DNA of 64,000 nt from Octopus vulgaris (lineage: Eukaryota), in assembly GCA_951406725.2 (NCBI GenBank), contig OX597815.1, positions 12,772,001 to 12,836,000 of the forward strand, written 5' to 3'. Under the pieces are notes generated by a model that did not search any database, was not told the DNA's origin, and saw only the letters and a list, made by a program, of their open reading frames with translations. Shown one piece after another: positions 38,073 to 52,835 of the stretch (position 1 is its first letter; every line of letters starts with the position of its first letter). The translations under genes and the position numbers were made by a program.

Positions 38073-39203
38073 TTCTAAGAAAACCGAGAATACCTACATA
38101 ATGTAATCAATTTATTACCCTAGTCCAACCAAATTAATAATTTCATTGCATTTATTCAATATTTGCACATTTAAAGTGCATTATGAAGTTGATAGAGTAA
38201 AAATAAAACTGTCGAGGAAAATCTACTAGCATTGGGAAGAGAATGTTTGACTTTCGCATGGAAGGAATTTACCAGATTAGTACATCGAAACGCAAATTAG
38301 TTACGAGCAAGAGGGAAAGAGGATCCTGGGGTGTTCATAAAGTTAAATAGACTTTCAATAATTTTAATGTAGAGATGTTAAGAAATTCAGTGTAAATGAT
38401 ACCTATGAATAGTTTTCAAAGTTCAATATACATTAATAAATTTAAATGAATATGATTAAAATAAACACCGTGTAAATAATACCAATGAATCGTGTACGAA
38501 AATGTATATATGTGTGAAACCAAACTATCACATAATATATTTGAATAAATATTTATATGTACCAGTAAGAAATATAAATTTTACAAAAATAAATAAAAAA
38601 TAGTGTTGATATAAAATAAATAAATAAAAGAAACTATCAGAACATAGCTAGAATTATTTTATCAGTAATTAGGGCGTAGATGAATACGTTATGGAGTCGC
38701 TGAATAGAATGAGAAGTAGTGACAGGCTGTAACCATAAATAGTAAATCAATTTGGCCAAATGTGTTGAATTAGGACGTAGATGAATTAGCTTTATACATG
38801 CTGGATAGAATGAAAAGTAGTGACAGGCTTGTAAATTGCTAATCGGCACTACCAAATGAGTGGAGGAGTACCATGACCTAGTTCTTGTGAACTACGCTTT
38901 TCCCTTGTTCACTTAGGTCAAAACGTTAATCTTTAAGCTATTTCTAGAATAGAGTCCTGGAAGAACATGTTACAGTTGAATCGGAATAAAATCTTCATCC
39001 GTTAGGATTTGACAAATATCAGTGAATTATGCCCTGAGGAGGCCTGTTGCTTTCTCAACTTCATAATGCACTTTCAAAGTGCAAATATTGAATAAGAGCA
39101 AGCAGCAGAAACACAGCAAAGGCAATATTAATGAACATATAAATTTGGCTGGACTATTGTAATAAATGGTTTACTACTTGTATGTACATCTGTTTTCTTT
39201 GAA
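38073..39203. mobile_element. Old fold-back element with inverted termini and a hammerhead motif
   Basis: 38073-38200 is the diverged reverse complement of about 39045-39203 (for example TTATTCAATATTTGCACATTTAAAGTGCATTATGAAGTTGA vs TCAACTTCATAATGCACTTTCAAAGTGCAAATATTGAATAA). Confidence 0.75.
39030..39124 (+). ncRNA. Degenerate hammerhead motif with long stem II
   Basis: TGCC-CTGAGGA-(GGCC)TGTTGCTT...TGCACTTT-C-AAAGTGCA...AAGCAGCA-GAAA-CACAGCAAA-GGCA. Stem III and UH are decayed. Confidence 0.55.
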
Positions 39204-39481
39204 ACATTAAATATTTTCTACTATATCGAAAATGATGGACATAACCATTGCGAGAAGTGGCGTTTCAGATGCGTAAAGTACAAGTATTAAAGAAGAACCA
39301 ACGGTAAGCACTAGTACATATTCGCATGAAGAATCTCCAGTATCGATACTCGATGTTAGTGCAAAATTGGTGTACGCTTGAATATTGAATAGTATTTCCC
39401 TCGAAACAACTTCTTTCTATACAGACTCATATATATATATATATCTATATATCTCTATCTCTCTCTCTCTCTCTCTCACTC

Positions 39482-39526
<45 letters not shown>

Positions 39527-39573
39527 TTGTATGTGTGTGTGTGTGTGTGTACATAGATACATACGTATGTATG

Positions 39574-39618
<45 letters not shown>

Positions 39619-39685
39619 ATACATAGATTGATAGGTATATATATAGATGGATAGATATACATATATATATGCATATATATAGGTA

Positions 39686-39723
<38 letters not shown>

Positions 39724-40030
39724 TATAAATGTGTATATACATATATGTACATACCTACGTGTATATGTATATATACATGCATATATGAGTACAGGACATA
39801 AAAAACAACGTTGAACAAAATGAGAAACGAAGACATAAAAACAAAAGCATAGAAAACTAACTTTTTTTTTGAACAACGAAAACCACAAACAGAGAAAAGC
39901 GACATGCAACATAAATAAAATTCCCCTTCATCAGTTGTCCCCGTTTCATCCACTCCGCATTCGAAGTCAAGGACAAATTATAAATATATTCATATTATTA
40001 TATGATCGAACGCCACGCTTTCATTCCCAA

Positions 40031-40066
<36 letters not shown>

Positions 40067-40529
40067 ACGTGTGTGTGTTCAGGTGTATACATATATGTTC
40101 GCGCAGTAGTTTATGTGAACGCGCAAGTGTTCAGATGGGAAGATAGAGGCATAGAAAGTGAAACCGATACCAAAGTAATTGGGACGGTGTGATCGTGTGT
40201 AAAAGAAAGGCGAACAGATTGAGAGTGGCAGACACACAGCCATTCAGACTTAAATTCTATGAAAGGGAGAATATACGGTTTCTTTATTTAATACAGGATT
40301 TTCTCAAGTAATCAATAGTTGACGCTAAGTAAATACGTGTAAATCGATAATGTTGACACCAATACTGAATATGTGATAAGTCTATTACATTGAATGTCAA
40401 TTAGGTATACAACTGATCAATGGTATTCTATTATTGCAGATGTGTTGATTTGCCAATATTACTGAGAGTTACATATTATGTGACTCTGCATCACACTTGC
40501 GTAATATGTACACGCACACAAATGTAAAG

Positions 40530-40567
<38 letters not shown>

Positions 40568-41612
40568 ATGTGTGTGTGTACACACACACGAAAATACAGA
40601 CGTATACTTACTCAAGTTTTCACATGTTTCCACGCACATATCGATACGAACGAGAAAATGTATACATATATGTGTATGTTTGCAAGCGCATGTGTGCATG
40701 TCTGCATGTATGCGTGCACATGTACAGCGAATGTTATAGAGGTTACATATCACCTGGCATTTTTGTATGTGTATGATATGGCATACAAACACACATAGAT
40801 ACACACACACACACATATATATGATACTTTCGCACATTTGGGATACGTATTTCGACAAATACATTGATTTGGCGTTGTCTTCTAATTCTTCTGAACATAA
40901 TTTCTTTACTCCATCGCAATTCATACCTATGTTCCTTACGATCTTCATCACCTTATCGCTATGCTTTCCGACTAGCTGCATGTCAAATGAGACTTCTATC
41001 TGGTTTATACATATCTCCCAACCATTTCTATCCCAACGATTTTTCAAATAATTATTTGGAGTTACATTGTCTATCGCTCACTTTGGGCACCAGTTTTGAG
41101 ATATATTACGTAAGGTTTTATGTTCTACAGCAATAAACGCAGCATCAGATATTGTGGTATTTTGCCAAGATCGAAGTAAAGAAAGTGCTATTGATTTTAC
41201 CAAGGATAATAAATCTTGTATCTTTGTTTGTCAAGAGACAATTGGATTCTGTACAGATTGTAACGCGCCCATTGTTTGTTCTTTTTAAATTGTCTTCCAA
41301 AATTCGAAATGAAGTGAGTGTGTACTTGTAACGACGTTCCCCAAGTACTTGTAATCATTGAGAATCTTTATTATTTCTCATTTTGTATTGCAATTATACA
41401 GATTAGCATAAAATATATTGAGTAGTCCTCTATTCGAACTGTTTATTCCAATATCAAACCTACATATATTTCTTATTAAACAACCCAAGAATATTTACAT
41501 TTATTCTCTTCTTCAAATTAAACAACTTTATCGGTTAAAGATAAACTATCGTCTTCTTATTTGTTAATTGTATGAAATAAACAATTCTTATAAAACATTT
41601 TCCTGCAAATAA

Positions 41613-44020
41613 CATTGGACAACACGACTTTTGGTGCCAAGAAACAAAACATATTTTTTACCTAATTTGATGGTGCTGATTCCGAAAATGACATTAGTTT
41701 TTCATGGTTAGCTACTGTTTTTGCTGTAGTGAAATTTTTTTTATTTTTGAAAAGAAAAGATCAATTCATGACCTTGGCTAATCGCGTAATTTAGTTAAAA
41801 AAGGTAGTAGAAACCCACGAATTTCCAGATAGGCCGGGCAGTTTATGTCAGCCACCTGAAATAAACTATTTTTATAAGAAAAAATGTATTTTTGAGTGAA
41901 AACTTTAAAAATAGAAGTGCCGAACTTTTCCAACTTATTGCCAAAATTCGAATTAGCTGATAAACTTTATAAGTAATACACTTTAGTAAACCTGATAATT
42001 AAGGTGAAATCGAAAAAATGATACCTTAAAATATTCTGTTTGATATTCATGGATTTATCCCATCACTTTTGTCCCTTCAATACGGAATGGAACTAAGCAC
42101 ATTAAGAGCTTTTGTTTTCACAGTTGAAAACAAACAAAAGAAAACTAAAGGCATGCCAATTGAATGCACCTATCTCCATTGTACATGATGGACATTGTGA
42201 AAATGGTTTCACCATAACATCTTCCCTCCACGCAGTATTGCGAAGATACGAAATATAATCAGCGTTTCGATTCATTCCATCTTTTCTTATTGACAGTTTT
42301 AAGAGTCGTTCCGTAGGACATTAGGCAAGATCAACTTACCTAAATGTGCACACGCAAAGTATAATGTAAATGCTCAACCAGCTCATGCTCTTTCTTAGTG
42401 ATAGAGATAGATATCAAATGACATGGATTTAACGGATGCAAAAATTATCCCAACTTATTTTGGTATACATGCTGCGACTTCACACCGAAAGCCAACAGGA
42501 AATCGATATCTGAATTTTACAAGAATGCCTATCGTGCTTACTTTCACGTCGAGCTTGATCAGGACAAAACATGGGCCCCTCACACTCTTTGCAAGAAATG
42601 TTTGGAACACAGGAGACACTGACGACATGTTTGGAACACATGAGACAGTGGACTTCAGGTACCCGAAAATCGCTGAGATTCGCTATTCCTATGATCTGGA
42701 AGAGACAATGAACCACTCAGACGAATGTTACTTTAGCTCAGTCAGTGTTGCGAGACTGAACCAAAAGAAACGCAGATCTATCGACTTTCCCCGTCTTCAT
42801 TCCGCTGTTCAACCATTGTCGCATTCAGATGATTTGCCAATCCCAGTTTTTCACGAAAATTAGTTCAAACTTGTTGAAAGTGACGAGTGTAATACTGATG
42901 TAAAAGAGCTCCTTACTATGTTCCTGAAACCGTGCCAAAGCTGAATCATTTGGTTCGAGACTTAAATCTAAGCAAAGCATCAGCAGAACCTTTGACCTCT
43001 ACGCTCAACGAAAAACACGTGTTACAAAAAGGCACAAAGGTAACATTCTATCGAAATAGAGAAGCCGAAAACAAAAAATAACATCTTCCCTCCCCTTGTA
43101 TATGAAATTGGGATGGATAAAACAGTATGTAAAATCACTCGACAAAGAGGATAAATGTTTTGAGTATACATGTAAATCGTTTCCAGGACTTAGCCCTGAA
43201 AAACTCAGATGTTTGATGGTCCCGATCTCAGGAAACTGATTAAGGATGATAAGTTTGTTAATTCAATGAATGATTTGGAATTACTCGCTTTGGCATCGTT
43301 TGTGGACGTAGTGAAAACCTCCATAGGCAATCGTCGGGCGAAAATTACAAGGAGTTAGGGGAAAAGCTTTTGAAAAGTCTACAGTACATAGGCGTTAACA
43401 TGAGTATTATGGTTCATTTTTTACATAGCTATCTAGATAAAGTTCCTGATAATCGCGGCGATGTGAGTGATGAATAAGGAGAACGATTCCATGAGGATAT
43501 CAAAACAATGGAAGAACGATACCAGGGACGGTGAGACAAACGAATGATGGCTGACAACTGCTGGTGTATCAAAAGGGATTTAAAAAACATTGAACGTGAC
43601 AGACAATCAAGAAAGAGAAAATTTTTACCATAGTTCTTATGTTCACGAAGTTTTTCTTTCTGCTGTTAGTTTATTTAATGATTTGATGAAAATATTTGAT
43701 GGTTTGGTATTTTCAATCGTGTTATTTTTAAAGACTTAAGGTTTGATTGTTATTGCAAAAATAGTATTTCTCAATAAAAAGACCAATATTTGTTGGTTTA
43801 AATACGAATTGAGACATTTCTACGATTTGAGAAATATTGTCATCGATCAATACCAAATATACAGAGAACAAGTGAAAAAATGCTTTTTGTTTTCCAAAAA
43901 TGAGCCATTTCGTTCAGCAACCAAGAAAGAGTAAGGCCATTTGCAGATTCAGTGCCCTCAAAGCTACAAAATGTTTGGTGCGACAACACCATTTCAAAAA
44001 TTATTTTTTGTTAACCAGTG
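41613..44020 (+). mobile_element. Chapaev3-like (CMC superfamily) DNA transposon with internally deleted transposase
   Basis: Termini CATTGGACAACA / TGTTAACCAGTG, flanks TAA/TAT, subterminal GGTGCTGATTCCGAAAATGAC motif. Protein relics CKNYPNLF.Y.C, DQDKTWAPHTLCKKC, NHSDECYF, TFYRNRE, MSIMVHFLHS.LD, GDVSDE*GERFHEDIKTMEERYQGR*DKRMMAD.CW. Confidence 0.85.
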
Positions 44021-44740
44021 TATTCAGCTTTCAACAAGAGGGATAAAGATTAATCGCCTCTGAATCAGAGCAGATTTGATGGGAGTTTTGCTGGGAGTAC
44101 AATTCAAATAGTTGTATCTATAATCGTTTCATTTATGTTTCTTATTAAGGTAGCATTTTTATTTTGGAGGTATATTATATCTTTGTCAAAAGTTCCCGTA
44201 AAATATACACTAAAATCCATCAGGACACAAACAAATCACATCCAATTTCAATTGCCTGTAATACATTTAATTGAACAGACTTGATTCTCTTGATTATATG
44301 CCACTCCTGGAACCTTCCCGCTTCTAATTTATAATATTATCATATCGCGTTCACTACTACTTTAAATAACTCTGTTGAGCCCAATTAAGACCATTGTAGA
44401 CACAAGAACACCCACCGCACGCCAATTACTATAAATCCGCAAACAAAGTTTCCATTTTAGGTGTTTTCTCTATAATTACTTTCATTTTGTGGGAACGTCA
44501 CACCTTTTCCATTCTTGATTTTATGAAATCGTGCAGTGCATGTATTTCTTATCTAAATGTGTAATTGAAAGGTAGCATGTGCGTTTTTGGCTGCTGTGAT
44601 TTCTCCCCATTTCCTTTCCCGGATCCAACACAGCTGTTATAAGGATTTCTCGATATAATTTTTAAATTGCTTCAAAGTGTTCTTACTTTCTACTTCTTTG
44701 TTTTTATTCATTTGAATCAACTGAATAAAAATATATATAG

Positions 44741-45505
<765 letters not shown>

Positions 45506-47230
45506 TAGATAGATACACACAAATATATATATACATATAAATACATGAAAACACTACGCTTATTATTGTATTAGAATATTATTAATCTTTTTTTCTTTCC
45601 TATGCTTCTTCTTTTACCATGAAAAACTTATTGATCCTATGTGATATCTTTTAAATAATGTCATCTACACAGATAAACTTAAAATCCACTTGGCACTAGA
45701 CATGGGAGTCAAACTGAATATAGATGCAAATATTGAACTCTACAGGAATCCACTATGGGTTTTAAAGAATAAGTCGGCATTGAGAAAGCTGGTAGTAGAG
45801 GCGCCATCGATTACAATTATTAAAATTCCTGAATTGTATTGGGAAAATGAGAACTAATAAATTTATTAGAGATGGGTTCATGCGCTAAGTTAGTGATAGA
45901 TTTCTTATTCTACAGGTATTAATGGATGAGGAGAAGCAAAAGACGGGCGTTCATTATAAACTGGAATTTATTGAAGGGTTTCAATACCAAACAACAATCG
46001 TAATAAGGGAAAGCGTAGGAAAACTTGAATTTAAAATGAAAAAAAATATTTTCATACAAATAACAAAACCATAGATACACTAAAATCGGAAATCACGTGC
46101 AATAAAATATTTATTTTAAGTAGAGAATAACTAAGTTTATATAAAATAGCGAACTAAGATGATATACTGAGAGTGATAAGAATTTCTGAAAGATGTTCAT
46201 TGCAGATAAACGGGAAGCTCGAATTAGAGGACAAAAAAAAATCTATAAACAACACAGATACACATATATTTTTTAATCATATAATATGAGCAGTTGTACG
46301 TATATATATATATATATATATCATATATGTTCGAATATATAGATATGATGCAATGTTTTCGTTCATAGCCCGATATGGCGTAAAATTTACATTATACAAT
46401 TTGTTTTTACAAGACTGAAGCAAAGAAATATTTTTTTACCTAAATATCCGTTACAAATTTTAAAGTGCTAAAGAAAAAAAATGACTACTTCTCAGAAGTA
46501 TGAAATTGCAGTCAAACCAGTAAATAGATAAGTTATGCGTTAACTATATGAATATGTCGCTGGTTGTATATGTAGCCTACTTATTTGTTACGCGATATTC
46601 GCTTATTTACGTCTAAACTTTCTTAAAACCATAGATATGTATCCTCATGCTTATAGTTACATGCATAGCTGTATGTATGTAAGTAACCTCATTTTTTACT
46701 TTGTTTCTAGTAGTTTCAGTTAGTATATTGTTTTTAGTTTCCCGGACATAAACACATAAATAAGTTTAAGATAACCGATTTTTTTCTTTATTTGTTCGAC
46801 TAAGTGGTTATTAGCACAAATCTGCCCAACATCCTATGCCTTAAGATCAGTCTCCAAATCATGTAGATACGAAATGAGTTTTAATCATACAACTAAAACC
46901 ATATTATGTAAGAGAAGATAAAATAATACGAATTTAATCACCACATGAACGTTAACTAACAACTTTGGCTACGACAACATGAATATCAACGCATATGGTG
47001 AGTAAGTAGGTGTCTTTAATTCTACTAACATTACACTCCTTTCCGTACACCAAGATTTTGAAAGTTGCACTTACATAAGACACCAAAAAGAGATAAATAT
47101 AAAAGCAATAAAAATATGTAAACCTAAAAAGCTTTAGCGGTGAATATATTTACAATTGCACACCTAGTGCCAGAAACACCAACACCTATATATACCAGGA
47201 TATATGAAATCTGGGTATAATTTTAATAAA

Positions 47231-47630
47231 CTAGCAGTATCACCCGGCGTTGCTCGGGTTTGTGAAGGGAAATAACTATATAAGCATTTTTAGAGAGTTA
47301 TAGCCAAAAAATAGCAAAAAAATGCATTAAAAATGGAAAAAGAAATGATGGCAATTTTCTTTAAATCGTTGACTCATCGTAGACATTTTTAAAGAGATAC
47401 TTCCTTTATATAATAGCGAAAAAAATGCATTAAAATTGAAAAAAAATTATGGTAAATTGTTTTTAAATTCGTAGACTCATCGTAGACGCGTGCTAATACC
47501 CAGAATGGGCTCGATATGAATCACGACTATAAGATACCCGGTTTTGGTTAAACTGCACCGCAAAATGTGGGAGTAGTTAGGAATCTAAATCGTAGGAGAC
47601 AGACACACAACCTATCTTTTATATATAAAG
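47231..47630 (-). mobile_element. Non-autonomous Helitron (same family as 7040-7434)
   Basis: Nearly identical termini; carries an internal duplication of about 115 bp instead of the 7110-7190 segment. Confidence 0.9.
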
Positions 47631-48037
47631 TTTAAAGCCGAAAAGAACAACTATAGTAATATCATATACATGGATTTCTCGCTTAAACCAATTTTCAAAC
47701 TTGCAATGGTACTATCAACATATTAATCTTCTCTTCCAATGATATTATGGATTTGGACCAATGCACACAATCAACACACTACTCCATAGCTTTATACATG
47801 CAGGACATTGTGAATTCAGGAAAGAAAATGATTTCGTGTCTATCATTCTAACAAACTCTCGGCATCAGCATCGCTTTTGATCCTTTTCTTCGTTAACTTC
47901 CCATAGAAAGCAAACTCAACATCGCCTTCAGAAACAGCGACCCACAACGCTAGCTCACTCCTGTCAGACAACCAAGCGTGTGTAATCCAGAAGGAAAAAA
48001 ACAAGTGTGCAAAATCTGTAATTATCTTTATGGTATA

Positions 48038-48270
48038 CCTATTTCTTTACTACCCACAAAGGGCTAAACGCAGAGGGGACAAACAAGGACAGACAGAGGG
48101 ACTAAGTCGATTATACCGACCCCAGTACGTAACTGGTACTTAATTTATCGACCCCGAAAGGATGAAAGGCAAAGTCGACCTCGGCGGAAATTAAACTCAG
48201 AACGTAACGGCAGACGAAATACCGCTAAGCATTTCGCCCGGGTGCTAACGTTTCTGCCAGTTCACCGCCT
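48038..48270 (-). mobile_element. Full-length SINE family A monomer
   Basis: Reverse complement of the consensus; TSD TAT(C/A)TTTATGGTATAC at 48023 and 48271. Confidence 0.92.
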
Positions 48271-48273
48271 TAT

Positions 48274-48481
48274 ATTTATGGTATACCACAAGGACATACA
48301 TTAGATTCATTTATGGTATACATTAGATACATTTATGGTATACCACAAGGACATACATTAGATCCATTTATGGTATACATTAGATAAATTTATGGTATAC
48401 CACAAGGACATACATTAGATCCATTTATGGTATACATTAGATAAATTTATGGTATACCACAAGGACATACATTAGATCCAT
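48274..48481. repeat. 57-bp composite tandem repeat (35+22 bp subunits), about 3.6 copies
   Basis: ATTTATGGTATACCACAAGGACATACATTAGATYC followed by ATTTATGGTATACATTAGATAM. Confidence 0.93.
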
Positions 48482-48937
48482 CTCTTTCACACACTTCTTA
48501 AGTGGTTTTATTTCTTCTAGGCTATATTTTCCGGTTCGGGATATCTGGCATCACCATTCACTCTGGCTTACGCTCATTTTTCGATCCTCATACACTGTAT
48601 TAATATTCCTTGCGCTTTTCCTTCCCTTGTTGCCTGTTTTGAACTCATAAAGCAAATTATGCTGAAGATGCTCAGTTGTCACCACTTCCATTATAGTTTT
48701 GAAAAATCTCTTAAAATCGAACAGCACACTTCAAAAATTTACACTGAGAATAAGTACACCATAGAATTACTATCTGCTTTTATAGCAAGTTGATGCAGGT
48801 AGTTTATTCCGCCCCACCCCCTTCGACTTTTAGTTCATGCAGTTGAAAGAAACAGCATTATTTATGGGATGAGCAAATGTATATATATATATATAGAGAG
48901 AGAGAGAGATAGATAGATATCGATATATATATATAAA

Positions 48938-49004
<67 letters not shown>

Positions 49005-49007
<3 letters not shown>

Positions 49008-49131
49008 GGTGTCCCAAAAAATGTATACACACCTTAAATAATTGTAAATTTGTTATTCTTTGTAAGCCTAGTACTTATTCTATCGTTCTCGTTTGCCGAA
49101 CCACTATGTGTATACATTTTTTGGGGACACC

Positions 49132-49134
<3 letters not shown>
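49005..49134. mobile_element. 130-bp Tc1/mariner-type MITE
   Basis: TIRs CAGGGTGTCCCAAAAAATGTATACACA / TGTGTATACATTTTTTGGGGACACCCTG, within (TA)n. Confidence 0.88.
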
Positions 49135-49187
<53 letters not shown>

Positions 49188-49439
49188 GTGTATGTGGGTA
49201 TGTATGCATGCATTGCATAAAACTAGCAACATGTCTCAGAAACCTACTTCATGGGAATACATGGACCGATTTTACATAAAAGAGAGGACAGACCACGGTT
49301 TACCACCAGAAATGTATTTGATGCATTATCGCATATCCCAACCATATTTACCCCAGCAATCTTAAAGGAACCAAACTAAGCGATAAAAGGATACAAAACT
49401 GAGCCAGACCTCATAAGTTGTTATATTCACACTACAATA

Positions 49440-50060
49440 CATCGAATAACAATAGTAATTGGGAATCATAACTTGATGGATTTTGAGCCTCTGTACGAAA
49501 AAGAATAAAAGACATTCAACCACCCAAACTATATACAATAATCATATTACTTTTACAAAACTTCTCCAAGGATTGATATTCTCACTCCAGAAAAATCAAA
49601 TGCATACATACAGTATGGTGGTTGGTATACCGATTCATAATAAAAAAGAAGTACTTGTTGAATGTCCCAGTGAAACACAATAGTGTAAACACAATAGACC
49701 TGATATAACGATTTTCTAGAGAAGAAAAGATGTATACAGATGTGGAAATCAGCTGCCCGGAGTATGTTAACATAAAACTGAAGATCTGTGAAAAAGAAAA
49801 AAATTTTCGCTGAACTATTGAAAAATCTGCAGTTACTCTATCCAGATTACACGTTCAGGGTATTATTGGAAGACTGAAATATGTAACACACTGCCTACTT
49901 ATACACTAATCTTGAGAAATTAGGCTTCTCAAAAACTAAAAGGAGAAAGTTGATTCAAAGTCCACAGATCCAATCCATCACTGGATCTGTAAAAAATCTG
50001 TAGAGCTGTGCAGATTTACAGATTTATCATTTTAAACATATATGAGCATGTCTAGATATG
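49440..50060 (+). pseudogene. 3' fragment of an RLE-type (R4-group-like) non-LTR retrotransposon
   Basis: Relic CKHNRPDI....EEKM..DVEISCP..VNIKLKI.EKE...ELLKNLQLLYPDY, a PD-(D/E)xK-type endonuclease region; followed by (TACA)n. Confidence 0.7.
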
Positions 50061-50611
50061 TCTAGATATGCATGAGACGACATAGATGAAAAAACAGAGA
50101 TCTGCGTGTATACATACATTCATACATACATACATACATACATACATACATACATACATACATGCATACATACATACATACATACATACATATAGACATA
50201 CATACATACATACATACATTCATATATACATACATACATACATACATACATACATACATGCGTTCATGCATACATACATGCATGTATACATACATACATA
50301 TAGACAGGCTCTACTTAAGCAAGGATAAAGGAGGTAGAGGCTCGAGATCAGTGCAGAGTGACTTCGAATGTCACTCTGTCTCAGACAACACTTGGTAATC
50401 AACACAAACAGAAATACATTAATTTAGAGCTGAACAGGGAAAAAAAAATCAATATCCTACATGTCAGAAGGGAGTTTCTCAACAAGCGCCCTCTTTCTGT
50501 TGATTTCCCATAGAACGCCAAATCAGCCGGACTAGCATACCTCAGAGAACACCTGGAGGTCAAACGCTCATCGTACCAAAAGAAAAAGACCATGCTACGA
50601 ATATTTCCTGA

Positions 50612-50733
50612 AGAGCTGGCAGAATTATTAGCGCGCCGGGCGAAATGCTTAGCGGTATTTTGTCTGCCGTTACGTTGTGAGTTCAAATTCCACCGAGGTC
50701 GACTTTACCTTTCATCCTTTCGGAGTCGATAAT
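50612..50733 (+). mobile_element. 3'-truncated SINE family A
   Basis: Head and core to GTCGATAA, flanked by a TTCCTGAA duplication. Confidence 0.85.
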
Positions 50734-51615
50734 TCCTGAAAACAGTTGCACTGACATGAAGCGAAGCCTTCCTTCGACTCGTGAGCAATGGTAATGGATA
50801 ATAACTAGCATCAAATTCTTTGACCAACATCAGTGAAACATACACTCCGATCTTCTTAAGTAAATAAAAAAAAATAGTTAATTTGTAAGAGATTGTTTTA
50901 AAGATGGTAATACCTGATCTTCAAAATAACGTACTGGTTACTCTTATGTTTGATAACTAATTTGAAAGCTTGTATTTTGCTGAAGTCATCATAAGGTATA
51001 TAAAGTGTCAAGTATTATGTTAACGGAACGGATTAAAAACATAGCCTATTGAGGAAGCTATCAAACTGGCTTCTGCTCAAAATCCAACAAGATTTCACTT
51101 AGAATGATTAGCGTAGCATTGATTAATGTAAAAGTCACTGTCGAAAATATTTGCTCTCTTCCACTGAAACTCTTAGGAAATCATTGAAAAAAGAGACTCT
51201 CAATATAAATATAAATATAAATGTGAACTTATACTCGATGAGATCTAATGAGTTACCACACTTTCATTTGTTACAGTTATGCAGTAGATATAAGTCCGAA
51301 TGATTATCTGAGCACCTCCTTAACAGAACCAAACCCGAATGGAGTGGAATATATACATTCCAGCATGAAGACACTCTTTCTCCGCTCACATGAATATATA
51401 TACATATATGAGTGTGTGTATGTATATATACTTCCATGCTTGTATGCATGTATTTTCGCTTGTGTATAGATTCATATGTGCGTGTGTGGGTTTGTGTGTG
51501 TATAAGAATATATAGTTATATACGTATATGGATATATGCATGTAGGTATATGGAATGCTTTTGTGATTGTATACTTGCTTCTATTTACGGTTATATTATA
51601 GGTACACACATATGC

Positions 51616-51677
<62 letters not shown>

Positions 51678-52835
51678 GTATATATGTATGTATGTATTTG
51701 TGTCTGTTTGTGTATATGCGCGTGTGTGCGCATATATATATATATATATATATATGCATGTATGTACATATACTTACATGTCAACGAAAAACGATCAATT
51801 ATTTATATATTTATATTTATGCAGACAAGGTTTCTTGCTCTAATGGTTATTCCATGGTTATAGCGTATAATATCGCTTTCTATGCTATGTCTTTATGATT
51901 CCTATAAAATATTGTAATATGCGCAAAAACTTGAAAAAAAAACCTATTTTATGAATATTTTAACAAATGGTTCTTTAAACTCTCTATCACACTCTCTCTC
52001 TTTCTATATTTGTTTCATTCCTTTTTCATATATGTACGTGAACGTTTATATATACACATATATTCACATGTGAATGTGTATGTGTATATGTGTGTACGCA
52101 AGCGCGAGTATATGTGTATCTATTTTCATTTTCTGTCTCTTTATTATATTATAAATATAAGCTTATATACTGCAAAACGTACGATGTACACATTTTTATG
52201 CGTTATTGTAGCTCTGGCTATGCGTTTGTGATAATTTAGCTAATTGAAATAATGCCTTGAATATTTGTGTCCAGTGTAAATTATAAAATATAGTTACACC
52301 CATGGCTGGTGCCAAGCTATTTTGCTTTCTATGGTCGATCACCAACTCTTATCTCGCTAAAAATATAATTGCTAACTTCGTTTTTATCAAAGTAGTGTTT
52401 TCTTAAAAGAAAGAAAGAACATAACGAGATGAAACTATTCAATATATTTGAACTTACAATACTGAATAATATTTCAATATCTTTTCTTTTTCAAACAATA
52501 AAAGAATATATTCTGGCACTATAAGCAACACAACATTAAAACTATTGCTCACTCAACTTCGTCTACAATCATTGCACGGTTACTTTCATACACGTCTTGT
52601 AACGACAATACTTTGCTTGCAATCATACTGGAAACTTAACAAAAATCCTTCAAACAGTTTAAAACAGATTCAGCTTCTAAGAGTTGCTAATCATATACAT
52701 CTAAGAGTTACAAATCTTATAGATTATGTAATTAGAGTTTACGTCATATGAAATTTTCAAATTCAGAATTTTCCAATGAAAGAATTGTCATTACGTCAAT
52801 ATGAAGCGCTATGTGTGGGCATATTCAGCTGATAT

